Positions 47,440 to 61,791 of a stretch of DNA of 64,000 nt are shown in pieces. Every line of letters begins with the position of its first letter. Position 1 is the first letter of the stretch. Position numbers and translations under genes: made by a program. The notes under the pieces are model-generated. The model was not told the origin of the DNA, did not search any database, and saw nothing but the letters and a program-made list of their open reading frames with translations. The DNA comes from Gekko japonicus (taxonomy: Eukaryota). Where the stretch lies: the NCBI RefSeq assembly GCF_001447785.1, contig NW_015171504.1, positions 364,655 through 428,654 of the forward strand, read 5' to 3'.

Positions 47440-48684
47440 CAGCCACACAGCAGGGGGTTGAAGAGAATGGTCTGATGGTCACTGGCCCACCTCACTAGCC
47501 AGCGAGCCATGGTTGAGCCAAAAAGGAGACAGAGACGGTTTAAATGTATTTTGACAGGACAGTGGCCAAGATTACAATGGGCGGGGGAGGAGGTTATGCT
47601 GAAAGTTCTTTTTTTTTTAACTGACAGACGTTGGTTGCCTACCAAGAGCTGTTGAGGGGACAGTTAGTCATAGTTAGGCCCACACAGGAGCCAAGAGAAG
47701 TGTCTTCCTCAGGAGAGAGTCCGGCTTTCCAGGAGCCGTAGCTCGTTTCCTCCAGGCCAGACCCTCCGTGGCACTGCCAACCCTGCTGAAGGAAGGTGGG
47801 GGAACTGTTTAAAGGCACTGGGCAGCCTTCTCTGAGGTGCAGCCCGCTGAGCTATCGCCCTGACAAAGCACCGACATTGCAGCCGAGGGAGAAGGGCCGC
47901 GAGGGGCAGCGAAGGTGAGTGCTTCCCCTGCTGGCTGCTGCTCGCTAGGTCTGCCTCCTTCTCCCCCGTGGAGGGGTTTGCCAATCCCTCAGCGGAGTGT
48001 CCATCCCCTTCGCTGGCTTCCTCCAGACTGAGAGTGAAACGGTGGCTGCCGGCTCTGTGGGTGGGGCCGAGCCAACGCAGCAAGGCAATGCAGCCAGGGG
48101 ATTGGGAGTCCGCGAGATGGGCAGCTGAGCGGGCAGAAGGCTGAGGAAGCATGTCCAGGAGTCACACCAAAACTCTTTTATATATAAGGAAAGATTCCCT
48201 CTGATTAGTCATGGGGGGTGCCTTTTTCACATGCATAATTTTTTGGAACTTTTTGGGTTCCCTCTAATTAGTCACGGAGGGTGCCTTTTTCACCCTGTGT
48301 GCCAGGGTAAAGGTCAGTTAAATAGGCCTGGTCATGTACTGTATAGGCGATAACTAGTTTGGCAGGGTTTTGGCAGCCTAATTGTAATAAGTAAGGATGA
48401 TTGGCAAGTACCCAGAGAGATCCAAGTGATGGAGGGAGTGTTCAGAACAGCCCATCAGTGGCTGTGTGGCAGGGTGTAGGTGGGAAGGAGCAGTCCTTGG
48501 TGCTGAACAGCATCCGTGTGAACCTGGTAGTGGCTGTGCAGCATATCATGTGTGGGGGCTGGGACTGGACACCTCTTGGTATGTGGTGTTCAGGTGATAT
48601 TTAAATGATGCAGATTGATTTAATTATTTTAATAAACTAGTTAAACACAAGCTTGTGTCTTCTTCGAATGGGTGCCTGGGGCAA
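47440..48684 (+). mobile_element. LTR-like/terminal-repeat element, possibly DIRS/Ngaro
   Basis: GC/CpG-rich with an internal ~37-bp duplication (48194/48257). Ends AATAAA...TGTGTC...GGGGCAA, like 1-530. The left boundary is approximate. Confidence 0.45.
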
Positions 48685-50458
48685 GAGTCTAACTCTGACT
48701 AGGATTGCACTGCTAATCTGCTGCAAACTCTTTCTTCTAAGCTGTTGAAGGGGTCAAGTAAGGAAATCATAACAAAGCTTTTAGTCGTTACTTCTGACTT
48801 TCTCCCTCTTTGAAAATCAGCAGTATAGTCCTGTGATTGTGAGCAATGGCACTGGATCAAAGTATGTTCAGTCATACATTACCAGACAGCTATGGAACCT
48901 AGATCTCCATGACCCCATCTCATTGGTTGGATAACGTTTAGGCAGAAGAATTATCACAATCATAGGATCATTTAACAGACTTCTCAGTGGATATTGTTCT
49001 GTGTGCCAAAGATCAGCTTCTCAGAAAAGCCACACACAGCACAAAAAAACCATTGAGAGAGGATATTGAGGATCATTTGTATGTTTTTGAAGCTGCCAGT
49101 AATAGGTTTCCCCCCCCCTAAAAGTTCTTGTTGACAGATTCAGTAAAAAGAAAAGGCACAATTATTTTATACCATTCCATTACAAATTAAAATTAGTTGT
49201 CCTAGCAAGAGATTCCTTAATTTCCAAATTAATATAGAGTTTATATATGCACAGTACAACACTACACATGTAAGTATATATTTTTATTGCCAATTCAGTA
49301 TGTCATGGCATTAGAGAAAAAGCAGCCCGTGCTAAGGACATCCGGCCCTAGTAATTGCTGAGCTGGCCACATAAATCCAATGTCCTGCCATGGCTACAAC
49401 ATTCTACAGTGGTCACAAGAATGGGTTCTAATATTTTTTTTCTCCAGAGGCTGAGGGTTAAGTAGGTCTTGACATTGTAACAAATTCCAATCACTCAGCT
49501 AGCTGACTAAACACTAAGTAACTGAACAAAATGAACTGACAGGCTGGACAACAGCGAAAGGAAACTATATGTGCATGTATTTCATAGCTTTCTCTTTCAT
49601 GTTTGGCTTCTGAAAAACTGACTGATCCATCAACGTCAATAGTCAAGCAAGCACTGGCTTCAGACTAAATTGGATTTAACAAGTACACAGCAAGACATAT
49701 TCTCCCAGGATGTAAGATTCAAGTTGACCACCAATTCTAGCTTTCAGATCTGCAAGAATTACAACTAAACAGACTATTGGTTTTGAGTTTTCACACAAGT
49801 TCTATAATAAACCAATGACAGAACTATTATCATTATTGTTATTGTTCCTGGTCAATACTTGCTGCTGAGTGCAATAATCAGTTATGATGTCTCATTTGCT
49901 TTAGCTCACACTCCTTAACAATGGGTTGGATCCAATAATCCATCAGCAGCAGGTGCTGATGGTTGCTTATCTTCCCTCCTTTTCCCTCCTTGCAGCAGTC
50001 ATTTCGAATCCCAAGAAAGTTGATCTCCAGTGTCATGGGACTCACGTGAAGTAATAATCATGTGGGTTCAGAGGCTGCAGCAGAGAGCCAAAAGGCACAA
50101 ATTTGGCCATTCTCCCTAATCTATCAATCTTGTTCTACTGTAGGAAGAGGGAGCGATATCACCCTAATCCCTTCTCATTGTTGCCCTGCAAGGCGCTTAT
50201 TAGAGCCATTAAGACTTGAACTGTGCCAGTAGTGTGCAAAAAGGGACTGAACTGTGTAGTGATCCAAAGATGGTGCGCCAGTTACACACAGAGAGAAGAA
50301 GGAAGCCTTCGTGTGAGATGATGTACATATGGTTTCAGGGGTTACCTACCTGCTTACCTGCTGTAAAATGGACCAGCTCCCTAGCCACATGAAGCACTGA
50401 AAGCCAGGCAGATACCATGCCAAGGCAGAAGACCCAAGAATAAAGGATTCAAACTCCA

Positions 50459-51237
50459 TGCTGAGTTTTCTTCTCTGCATGCAGGCAACATCCCCTTCCC
50501 CCTACCCAACCTCACCTTGCTGAAGAGACAACCATAAGACAATCAAATCCTTTTTAATGACAAGGACTCTAGCCGCATGAATCATAATCCCTTCAGGTGC
50601 CACTGTTTTGCCCCAAAATTACTATATCTCAATATTGCCCAATTCCTTAATCCCCTCCCCCTAGCATGTTTTTGGGATGGACTAGTAGGAGGTGGGCCAA
50701 GACATGTGACCAGCTTAGGCCACCCCCAAGAGACATGTGACTAGGGGATGTGGCCAGCCTGGCCCAACACCCCAAGCCTCCCTCATAAAAGGGGGCACCC
50801 AGCCATGAGGTCTCTCTTTCTCTCTCTGCACCTAAACCCTACCTATCTTGCTGACTCTGGGTTAGCTACCCAAGAGTCTTTCCATGTGTCTTTGCTGGTC
50901 CAAGACACGACCGCATTTCCCTATAGTCTCCCTCATTTTTCCTAAGGATCGCTTCATCCCGTTGACAACAGGTAACTGTATTGCCCCTCAACAAAACATC
51001 CTGCTGATGCGAAAGTGCTATCCTCTTCTATCTAATTTTCTTAGAACTGTGTAACTGTGTGTTTGCTTGTGCATTGTTTGCTTGTAAAGAATCTACAGTA
51101 AAGGAAATCATTTTATATTGAAACTTGCCTCTGAGTCTATTCCTGGTGAGCTGGGAAGAAACTGTATACACTGGTGCTTGTTCCCTGATTGCCTATTGCT
51201 ATTTTATAATATCCCATATTCCCTAATTTTGATAATA
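50459..51237 (+). mobile_element. Solo LTR-like element (ERV/Gypsy)
   Basis: TG start, repeated GACATGTGAC motifs, a CATAAAA TATA-like box followed by a CT-rich tract, and an AGTAAA poly(A)-like signal. The ends are approximate. Confidence 0.5.
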
Positions 51238-52999
51238 AGAGCAATCAGGCTAACATCTTTTGCAGCCTCCCAACCCATGTGGCTATTAATTCACATAGGT
51301 CCTATTACCCCAGGAATCAACTTTACTGGGGTCACAAATGACCCGTGGGGGGGACTAGGAAAGAAGTGAAGATCCACAGTCTTTGTTTAGTCCTTGCATG
51401 GTCAGTGTGATGAAACTAAACCAATATTTCACAATGCCAGTGGATTTGACACGATTTTAATGTTTAAAATAATTTTTCAACATCTAGTCACTAGTGCAAT
51501 TACTAGTACCACTTCAGTTGTTTCCACATCGGTCTGGGAACATACAAAATCTTGCACTTACATGGTTTGGTTGTCTGGATTAAGGTCCATTGATTAATAT
51601 AAATACCTTAGGAAATGAATCCTGCTGACAAGTGACCATGTATATTTTCTTACATGTAGATTTGGTTTATGTCAAGATGTACTCTCTCAGGATGTAAAAT
51701 TCAAGACAAACAACCATGCTAGTTTACCAGATTTCAGCTGGTTCCCATTTGGTGTGAGGCCCTCCTCATGGTGCAGTATAGAAATAAGTCTTGGGCTCGG
51801 GTCTATGCATGCCTTCAAATGGGACCTATGTGTGTAGGCTCATAGATTCCCAGTCTCATAGATTCCCGGTCATATCCATGCTCCTCAGTGTGGACAACAT
51901 ATGTTCCTGGGCCATGTGTGAACTAGTCCTTACTTCCAAGTAAATATGCCTCCTGGGCCATGTGTGAACCAGTCCTTACTTCCAAGTAAATCTGCCTAGG
52001 ACTGCGACCCTATTTGTTTTTTCTATTTTCCTTCTACTTTACTGAAGAGTTTTTTTCATATAGACACTGAAGTTACCAAATTTATTAATGGTATCCCATG
52101 ATACTGAACAATGTTTGCCTTTGCAGCCAGGAAGATCAGTGCCTTGTATTTTTTCTGCTTGAGTCACTTCTCCCAAAGTCCACATTTTGCAGGGATGAAA
52201 CACATTTTAGACTACTCAGCAGAAATTACAGCCATTTTTTATTCCAGAGAGGTAAAGAAAGAGACGGCGACAGGCAGAGTGAGTAGGAAGGACTGCAGAG
52301 TCAGGCATATGGTGCTGTTTGTCACTGTGTAAACTCATCTGCAGTAGTTTATCAAAAAGACTTCTATGAAAGCACCTTCACAAATGGCACCTTTGTTGGC
52401 GGACTCAGCAAAGAGACTTACCATTTTAATCAGCAGAGTTTTACTTTCTTTGTGCATGGTTTCAAACTGCATATCAGTATAATTGCTGGACAGTTATTTG
52501 AAAAAACATTGTCCCATACTGCATGCTTAAGCAATATAATGATTTTCTAATTTATGAAAATCATGGAATAGGTGATTCTTTTGTAAGCTTCATTTATAAC
52601 ATTTATAAGGTTATGCTAATGCTGTTTTGTAGGAACATTAGTTTTTATTCTTTTATTTTCTCTATTGTACCATATGCTTCCCCACCCCCCCACCCCCCGA
52701 ATACGTTTCTTTCCCAGGGACTTTATATCACAGCTCAACCATCAAATGAGAATGTGCATATCCTCAGCATTTCATGTACACATTGGTTTTTAATAGTACC
52801 AAAACCACTAGGAGAGCCTAAATAAATTCTTCTCAGCCTAAGTCCATAGAAAGTTAGTTATGTTGGAGTCTTATTGGAATCAACAGGAAAAGTTAGCTGT
52901 GAAAATATGCCTCAAGAACTCTTGCAGACAGTTCAGACCTGGTTTTCAATCAGAGCATGCCACCTTTGAGTCAAGGCAATCAATTGACAAGATACTGAA

Positions 53000-53650
53000 T
53001 AGGGATGGGCACAAACCAGCTAACTAAACTAAACCGGCTCACTAAACCGGCTCATAAACTAAAGTTTGTGATGAATTTTGGGTGGTTCATGGTGTGTGAA
53101 CTGAAGTTTATGGCAGGTCAACTGGCACAAACTCTCCATGAACTTTCAAACAGTTTGTGAATGGATATATTTCTAGATAGACTGTGTCTGCTCAATCAAC
53201 ATATTTACCAAACTTCAAAGCAACAGCATGGTGGAACTTGCAGGGCCTGTAGATGAACATCCAGGTGACGCCCCCTGTGAGTCTGATGTCTCTAGTTTGC
53301 ACAGGGTCCATTCTATACACTCCTGAACTTCCTGAACCTGCACCTGTCATTTCACCAGAAAGCACTTCCCTTCTTGGTGGGGGCATAACTCTTCTTGGTG
53401 GGGACATAACTCAAACCTGGTTAATCCAATTCTCACCGAATTTAGTGGGCAGGTAGAGGAGAATCAGCCAGAGATCACCTGTGAGTCTGATGTCTCTAGC
53501 AAACCAGAGAGCATTTTAGCTTATCATGAACCTCACAAACTGAACTGGTTCATTTGGCAGCTAAAAGTTTGCGATGGTTCGTGATTCATGAACTGGGCAT
53601 GCTACGAACCATAAACCAAACCATATTTTACTGGTTTGTGTCTATTCCTA
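53000..53650. mobile_element. Non-autonomous hAT element
   Basis: TAGGGATGGGCACAAACCA / TGGTTTGTGTCTATTCCTA termini with 8-bp TSD ATACTGAA. Confidence 0.82.
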
Positions 53651-53699
53651 ATACTGAACAAGGAATAGATATTAGATTATATTTCTGTTTCTATTCTGT

Positions 53700-53930
53700 T
53701 GAGAGCCAGTGTGATATAGTGGTGAAGGGTGTTGGGCTAATATCTGGAAGACCTGGGTTAGAATCCTCACTTGCACAATGGAAATTTGCTGGGTGACCTT
53801 GGGCCAGTCACAACCTAACCTACTTTCACAGGATTGTTATGAGGATAAAATGGAGGAGAGGAGGAGGATGTAAGCTGCCTTTGATCCCCACTGGGAAGAA
53901 AGGCAAGGTACAAATGAAGTAAATAAACAA
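53700..53930 (+). mobile_element. CORE-type tRNA SINE
   Basis: GAGAGCCAGTGTGATATAGTGG...GGGTGACCTTGGGCCAGTCA...AAATAAA tail. Confidence 0.75.
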
Positions 53931-54044
53931 ACGGGCAGGAGAACAATTTAAACTACTTTGGGTCCCCATTAGGCATAAAGGTGAGATATAAAGGAAGTAA
54001 AAAAAATATTTCCATAAATATAGAGGAAGGCAAATCACGCCAGA

Positions 54045-54290
54045 ATACTTGAAGGGTTGTCATATAGAGGATGGTGTGGAGTTGTTTTCTGATGCCCCAG
54101 AAGGTCAGACCAGAACCAATGGGTTGAAATTAAATCAAAAGAGTTCTCAGCTAAACATTACGAATAACTTCCTGACAGTTAAGAGTGGATCCTCAGTGGA
54201 ACAGGCTTCCTCAGAAGGTGGTGGGCTCTTCTTTGGAGGCTAGATGACCCAGGAGGTCCCTTCCAACTCTGTGATTCAGTGATTCTGTGT
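54045..54290 (+). mobile_element. CR1 3' fragment
   Basis: Encodes LKGCHIEDGVELFS and ends GGTCCCTTCCAACTCTGTGATTC. Confidence 0.82.
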
Positions 54291-54753
54291 CTCCCATATC
54301 TGCTGGTTCCAAGTTGCTGCTTCTAACAATGCAAACTAGAGCAGGTGTAATAGAGCAGTAGATTCTTTCTCTGCTTGAGTAAAAGAGGCAACTTTGACCT
54401 CATTTGATTATCTTCTGATATTTGAACGAGGGAGACTGAATGTGTAAAGTGGATCTGTTGGTGGTGTTTAAGGCCTCTATGGGGTTAACTTGACTTTGAT
54501 AACATTATTTCTCTGGAAAGCATTTTGATTGTAACTGAAAGATAAGAACTGGCATGAGTGAGAACTAGCTGCATTTTTTCTGAACTAATGAAAAGCAAGA
54601 CTGAACACTGGGATGAATCCAGCCACTCTGGTCAGCCCAGTTTCAGGCCTTCGTTCAAATTAAAGGGATCTTATGGAAGAGTTCATTGAGTTGAAGGAAG
54701 TCTTCAGGCTCTGCTGAGTGGAAAAGGTGGACCCATCCCACTGTAGTGTTAAC

Positions 54754-54959
54754 CAATGTTCCCTCTAAGGTGTGGAGTCTTGTGAGCAAGAATTTTACTT
54801 TGTGAGCTACGGGCATTAAAGTTGTGAGTGAGCCATTTGGCTACTGCATAAATTAGTTTGCTCTGGAGCCATCCTTCCTGAGCTAAGATAAAAATGTGTG
54901 AGCCAGAGGCTTAAAAACTATGAGCCAGCTCACACTAACTCAGCTTAGAGGGAACACTG
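54754..54959. mobile_element. hAT MITE
   Basis: TIR CA(A/G)TGTTCCCTCTAAG with perfect TSD GTGTTAAC. Confidence 0.88.
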
Positions 54960-55044
54960 GTGTTAACCCTACCCAGCAATATCGGTCTGGCCCCCTCTAT
55001 CAATATCTTCCACTAGCGGGTGAAGACATCTTTGTTTTGTTTTT

Positions 55045-55240
55045 TGCTGCCAAGTCACAGTTGACTTATGGTGACCCTGTCGGGTTTTCAACGCAATAGA
55101 CATACAGAGGTGGTTTGCCATTGCCTGCCTCCAGTTCATGACCTTGCTATTCCCTGAAGGTCTCCCATCCAAATACTATCCAGGGGCAGCTTCTAAGATC
55201 TGTTGAGATCAGGCTAGCCTGGGCTATCCAGGCTAGGTTG
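55045..55240 (-). mobile_element. 5S rRNA-derived SINE
   Basis: Homologous to 12550-12750. Confidence 0.72.
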
Positions 55241-56930
55241 TTTTGTCTGGTATTCACTTAATGAACCCTCCTTCCAGTCTTGCATTTTAATTTGCTGCCT
55301 TGTATGAATTCTTAACTTTGGTTTTTAATTTGTATTATAAAATATTTTATTATGCTTATTTTAAAATTTCTAGCTGACTCGGTGGCCCTGACTGGGCAGA
55401 AAGGTGGGGTACAAGCATTTTAAGTAAGTAAATAAATAACTGAATTAATGCTGTGTTTCAGTAAAATCCTATCCTTCACCATACGTCTAAATATCCCTTA
55501 GTGGGACTAATGGTCATTGATCAGTTTGAATTGGCAGCATCTTTTTGCATGCTCAGTTCAGTACATGCGAGCTAGTTCAGTGCTTACAGCTGCTTGTCAT
55601 GGTACAGCAGCCTTCAGATATGGTAAGTTTGACAATTACAATTGTTCACAGAGAAATTTACAGCATCTGTAGTCCTTTCTGACCACTTGCTGCCAGATTC
55701 CTTCTTACCTTCTTCCAGAATTTTGCCTCTTCCTACTTTGGATTCTTTTCAACCATTTCTGCCAGCTTTCTCACTAGCTTGGATTTTCCTCTCAGATTTA
55801 TTTGTTATCCAGTTCTGTGGCTAGTTATGTATGATTTCTGCAGCATTCTGTATCAGATACAGGATGGACTTTTGTAAAATTCAACCTGATCTTCCATGGA
55901 CAGGAAATCTGATCCTTCCCTTTCAGGGAGGAATCTGAAAACCAAGGCAGAGGAGGCCAGGGTTCTGAAACCAGAACAGGATGTTGTATCTAGCCTTCAG
56001 AAACCCCTACAGAAAACAGAATTATTTCATTTGGTACCTCCAGATGAAGTAGCTCTGTCCACTTATTCAAATTCCAGGAAGAGACTAGCCCCAAACAGCT
56101 GTTTCAGCAGGAATTCTGCAAGGGCCATACCAAGTTGTGGGATAGCAAGAGCCTTATCAGAGTCATCAGAGCTAGAGTTTCCAACCTCCAGATGGGGCCT
56201 GGTGGTTTCAAGGAATTACAACTGACCTCTGGACTACAGAGATGAGTTCCCTATGAGGAAATGGTAGCTTCACAGGGTAGAAATGACAGCTTACCTCAAA
56301 TGAGATTCCTCTCCTCCCCAAATTACACCCTTCCCAAGAATCTCCCACAGATCTCCAGGAATATTTCAAGCCAGAGCTGGCAATCTTAATCAGAGCACTT
56401 GTTCTTTACTAACTGACCAGCAGTCCTTTTCCAATAAGCAAATACTGAACTGACCTAGGGAACTACTAAAGCTCTCCGTTGCCTTTCAACACATAATGGA
56501 ACAGTTCCTACACTCTCTTCTGTAATTAATTGTGCATCCAGACCACACTTAGAGCTGGCTGTGGACCCTATCTGCCTTTGCATTGTCTTTACTGTGTACT
56601 GTCTTGATTGGTGTTATTATTTCTGTGTGACCTATCTCCCCTTGCAGGTCTTGTTGTGGCTTGCTTAGTCTTCCTGCTTGACTTCCCCTGAAAGATGGAG
56701 CTCACTCCTGCAGAAATGGCCATCCAGGATAGGTGTTCATTAATCACAAGAATCAAAGGTTAGGACAGTATAAAAGATAGAACTGACCAATAATTCCAAA
56801 AATGAATAAATGTTATGGTAGTGAAAACGTTCACATCAATTCTTGGAATTTCTAGATGGTTTCACTACAGTTGATTCATTGACTTCATTCTGATTCCTAG
56901 ATTTCTCATCTTGTTATTTTGAGCATCTAT

Positions 56931-57279
56931 GGCCCCGGTCACACAGGCCGGATATCACGGGGGGGAGGTGTGGCTAATTGCCCCAGAGCAGTTTGTTCCG
57001 TGATTACGCGATTAGACGCACCTGCGGCACACCACGGGTCCTTCCCTCGGCACTGGCGGGTGAACAAGGGACCAGAGGGAAATGCCGCGCACCAGCGCCA
57101 TCACACCACAGGTGTCTGAAGGCAGCCCATGGCAAACATTTACTAGTACCTTGGAGGTACTAGTTTTTTAACGCGCATCGTCGGCAGGAAGCCACGGGTT
57201 AGCCACGGGAGCACTACGCTGGAAAATCCGCCTATCATCTGTCTCTTTAGCGCAGCAAATGCTCCGTGTGAACGGGGCC
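56931..57279. mobile_element. Young CpG-rich MITE (Harbinger-like, 3-bp TSD)
   Basis: TIR GGCCCCGGTCACAC / GTGTGAACGGGGCC, with TAT on both sides. Confidence 0.78.
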
Positions 57280-59654
57280 TATGTTACGTATTCATTGTAT
57301 CAACTCATCTGATAGCTTTAAAATATCGCCTAAATTTAATTAATACCAGTTTTTTGCATTAAAGTTGCCACAGTTCTTCATAACATCAATGGCATGCAGC
57401 TATCTTTCAATAACAATAATTTTGACGTTGAAAAATTAAAGTTCATATCCCACAAGTGACATTTGTAACCACATCTATAGTAATATTAATAGGTTTGTTG
57501 TTTTCAGGTATGGATGAAGTTGACTTAAAGTCAGTATTTAAATTTTCTCTATAAATAAAAAAGATGTGTTCCTATGTAAAAAGTGTATGCTTTTTATTAC
57601 CTACAAACTGCAAATGTACCCAGTTAATAAGGAGATGAGATCTTTAAAGGTTAAATGGCAACTTCACGATCTTTCAGAAATTGCAACAAAAAGAACTCTT
57701 TTAACTTGACTAACTTGTATTCACAAGCATTCACACACGTGCACACCTGTGTGGACACACACACATACGGGGGGGCCCCTGGTACTATCTATTAAGATCA
57801 GGGCAACTGAGAGGTTGTCACTTTACCCAAGAACCAGATATGGATAAGCACCCCTGCTTAAATACAGCATAAAAGGCTATTCTCCACACATTTATGGAAG
57901 CATGACCTTATTGGCCCTGTCCTATTGGATTTCCCTTTAAAATCCATGCAGACATCATCCCAATACAACCATGACCTTGAATATATAATATGTTTGCTAA
58001 AGAATCAACACATTAAAAAAGGAACCAAACTCTTTTAAAAAGAACCATGCTCATTCCTAGTTTCTTGAAAGTTTGAGTCCACAATAATATGTTTGGGGTC
58101 CCAGTCAGTTAGCAAAAAGGTTTGCATATTTTGAATATAATGATAATAAGAAATGGATCTGCAGTGTTTGCATACACATACACACAGGAAGAACTTTGTG
58201 GCTGCTTCTCTTTTATGATGATGGCTTCTAGAAAACTGAACAGGACATATTTAAAAGTTAACTGTCTTGGGGAACTCTTCTCTTCACTTAAGTCGGAAGA
58301 TAAAATAAAGTTTCCTTAATGAGATTTGTTTGTTATTTGCTTTCCTAAATGATCATAACATAAATAAGGAAAGTTTTGTAATTAGCTATTCAAACTTGCT
58401 GCTCCTGAACCTATCTATTCCTTTACATGTCAAAACTCAACACAATTATCTTTTGATCTTGACTTTGAATTGCTAATTTCTTTCTTTCTCCCTTTGGCTT
58501 TTACATTCCTGTGGTGTTTTTGTGAACTCTTGTGTCAAGGCTAGCCTTTCATTTTTCACTGGAGGGTTTGTTTGTTCGTTCCAAGTGATGAGACCACCAA
58601 CCCCCTCCCCCTGGGTCCTTGTCTCTGTCTGTTTATGTTGGCTACCTTGATATGGAGTATTAATACAAATGCAATCAGGAAGAAAGAAGACTCCAGTGAT
58701 GAACTCATTCAAATAAATGGAAAAAGATAATGCTTTGGGGAAACAGACAGCACTTGAGCTCCAACTGTGAATGTTATATTTGCTGCCGCACACTTTGTAA
58801 AGTGATGCCTTAGGAGACTGAAGTCTGGAACAAACAAACTTTACTTAACACTATGCAGCTTTGCCACAGCTATTGCACTCACCACTGACTGCTACCCTAG
58901 ATCTCAAGTCTCTGCTAGAAATCACAGAACATTTGGGTTCCTGTAAGCTGGTTAGATCCTTGCAAGCCCCTGTGCTAGCTAAAAGTACTTCCACTCATGG
59001 GTTGGTGGGGATCTGCAATTTATTTATTGTATTTATTCAGACTCTTTTAACCTGCTTTTCTCTGATCAATGCAGACTCAAAGTGGCTTACAGTGTATATA
59101 AAAACACATCAGAAAGCCACCAGTTCTACACAAAAGTTCTACAAACAAAAACACAAAGTTATTTAACAAAAAGTAGCTGCCAAAAATACCTGTAGATTTC
59201 CTACTTGGAATGCTGCCCTGGTAGTGTTCCTAATGCTCACCCAGCACAGCTTATTGTTCTACAAAAGATGAAGAACAGGGAAGCATCTGTTCCATGAGCA
59301 GAGCACTAGTGCATCTTGGCACTAGTGCATCCTGTATTCCTTTTTTAAAGAAAACACTATACACTGTTTTTACTAGGCATTATTACCATTCTAGTTCTGA
59401 TGTTAACATTTGCAGATTTAAAAAAAATATATATCATGAGATAACATAGGCTTTTTATGCTTAACCATTGGCATTGAGTACACTATTCTCCTAGGACTAA
59501 AGAACTTCCCTGAGTGGCTTTCTGTGGTCTTTGGTTTACGTTGTGCTGTGCTTCAGCCTGTACAAAAGCAGCTATATGTATACCAGAGTGCTGGCAGATA
59601 TTGTGCTGGCTTGCTAACTAAACACCCTTACTTATTATGCCTATGCACCTCAGA

Positions 59655-59917
59655 AAAAGAAGAGGAGGTTGGATTTATACCTCACCCTTCACTACCCAGA
59701 GCAGCTTACAAACCCCTTTCCCTTCCCCTCCCCACAACGGACACCCTGTGAGGTACATGGGGCTGAGAGAGCTCTGGCAGAAACTGCTCTTTTTCAAGAA
59801 CAGCTGTGCCAGAACTATGGCTTGTCCAAGGTCATCCAGTAGGTGCGAGTGGAGGAGTGGGGAATCAACCCTGGTTCTCCCAGATTAGAGTCCATGCACT
59901 TAACTACACCAAACTCA
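59655..59917 (-). mobile_element. Squam3-like SINE
   Basis: Reverse complement of the SINE at 4940-5463, with a GAAGAGG tail. Confidence 0.82.
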
Positions 59918-61791
59918 GGAAAATTCTTTGTCTTGTCAGAGTCGGGCCTAGAAGTATAATCCTAAACCAATTTCTATCCTTCTAAACCTGACTTCAATGG
60001 TTTTAAAAAATGTAACTTTGCTTAGGGTGCCACTGTTAGTCTTGCATGCCTTACTAATAAATGATGTCATGATCCTCTTCTTCATGGTTTAATTTTGCCC
60101 CCCCCTTTAATTAAAAGAGTATTCCATCAAGCAGGTACTCATAATTTTTCTCTTTATTTTATGAAAGGTGTGTTTCCTATTAAAACAAATGGAAACAAAA
60201 CCCATGTATAATAAAGTGGTGTAATCATGATAATGTGGATAAATGGTTAAAAAGAATGAAAACAAACCAATTTTTGTGCACTTCACTATTATGAATGTGT
60301 TTATGCAATATGTCAATATGTCAGTAATCTGAAATTAAACTGTTTATAATCTAGTTCATAGTTATGAAGAATCAAAACCTGTTCATTTTTATTCTATATT
60401 TAGAACATTTTGCTCTGTTTTTCTTGTAGTGATCTTTTTGCTTCCTCCACCCACTGATTGTTGGCAGTCAACATGGATATTCCATTGGCTGATTGGAACT
60501 GTGTGCAGTCTGATCTCCTTGTTGCCCAAAATGTACTTTGGGATGAAGAGCTCTTATCCCAGACTTAATAATCCAAATAGCCCATATGCATATGAAACAA
60601 TTGTGCTAGGTCTATCGTGGATTTATAAACGAAGCATAGTTCTTTTATTATACTGCAATAGGTGCTGTAGATTTTTTAAAAAATGTCTAGTGAGTTAAGA
60701 GATGAGAAATTACAAACTGATGGTGCATTCCAAGAACATTTGATTTAGTGTTCAGCAGCAACAAAGCATGACCTACCTGCAAGTAACATTGACTGCTAGT
60801 CATTGCTCAGGTAAGAAGACAGTATTAATGTACTAGAGATAAGCACTTTTTCACTGAAGTTTCCTTTGCTTCATATAAAGTCATCCCAATGGAAGGTTCA
60901 TGGTTTGTCTACTGAATGAAGAAAGATGATAGACTAATGAATTTAGAAGATGGTTACTGATTTAGGAAGGAGCCTCCAGGAATCATATAATAAGCTCCAG
61001 TGGTCTTTTATAATCATGAATCTGATAAAGAAAACTTTCGATGTCCTTTTATGAAAGATTGTGAAAATACGATCTAGCTAAGCAGATTACTAGTACTGAA
61101 TTATTCATTCTGTTATTATACTGCTGTTTGTATAATACAGATTGTAAATACAAATATACATCTAAATTTTTATAAAGCATTATGTTCTCATTTCTGATAA
61201 CAACAAAAGGTAATGGAACTTTATGGTTTAGACCTTGTAATTGCTCTCCTAATCAAGAACTATTCATATAAGCATATTCAAGATGACCTGTGTAAATGAA
61301 TGGGCCTACTGGAGTCAATGCCTTATTTTGGCTAAATGGTACTATTTACTTCCACAGTGTTTGCTGGGGGAAAAAGCATATTCAAGAACAGCTAAGGATT
61401 ATTTGATTCTACGAATAAAAGATTCAAAAATTGAATTTACCTTGTTCACAGTACTCAGTTCCTCCTCAAGCATTTCATACTATTGCATTTGTGATTTGCT
61501 TGCAGTTTAAAACTACCAGTTTGTGCAGTTTGTGGCATTTGGTATGGCAGATGGCCAGGTATCTGCTGGTGGGATTTGTCTGAATTGTGTATGCCTCAAG
61601 GTCATTATAAGAAGGTCATATACAATTTAAAATTATCTACATTTTGAGTGTGTGGCTTTTGCACTGGTGAAGAGTGACAGTTGGGAGCATTCATCATATT
61701 AGTACATGCTCAGAACTTAACTGAATTGAATTACAGTTACCATGTGGCAGTGCAACAATGAGCAATGTATTTGTGGTTAAATTCAGAATAC

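Noticed and set aside
52128-60531. Additional splice-like segments (52128-52251, 56649-56732, 57508 onward, 60430-60531; also 38103-38165 and minus-strand 31076-31165)
   Set aside because: They show no consistent frame or recognisable protein and cannot be told apart from chance sites without RNA data.
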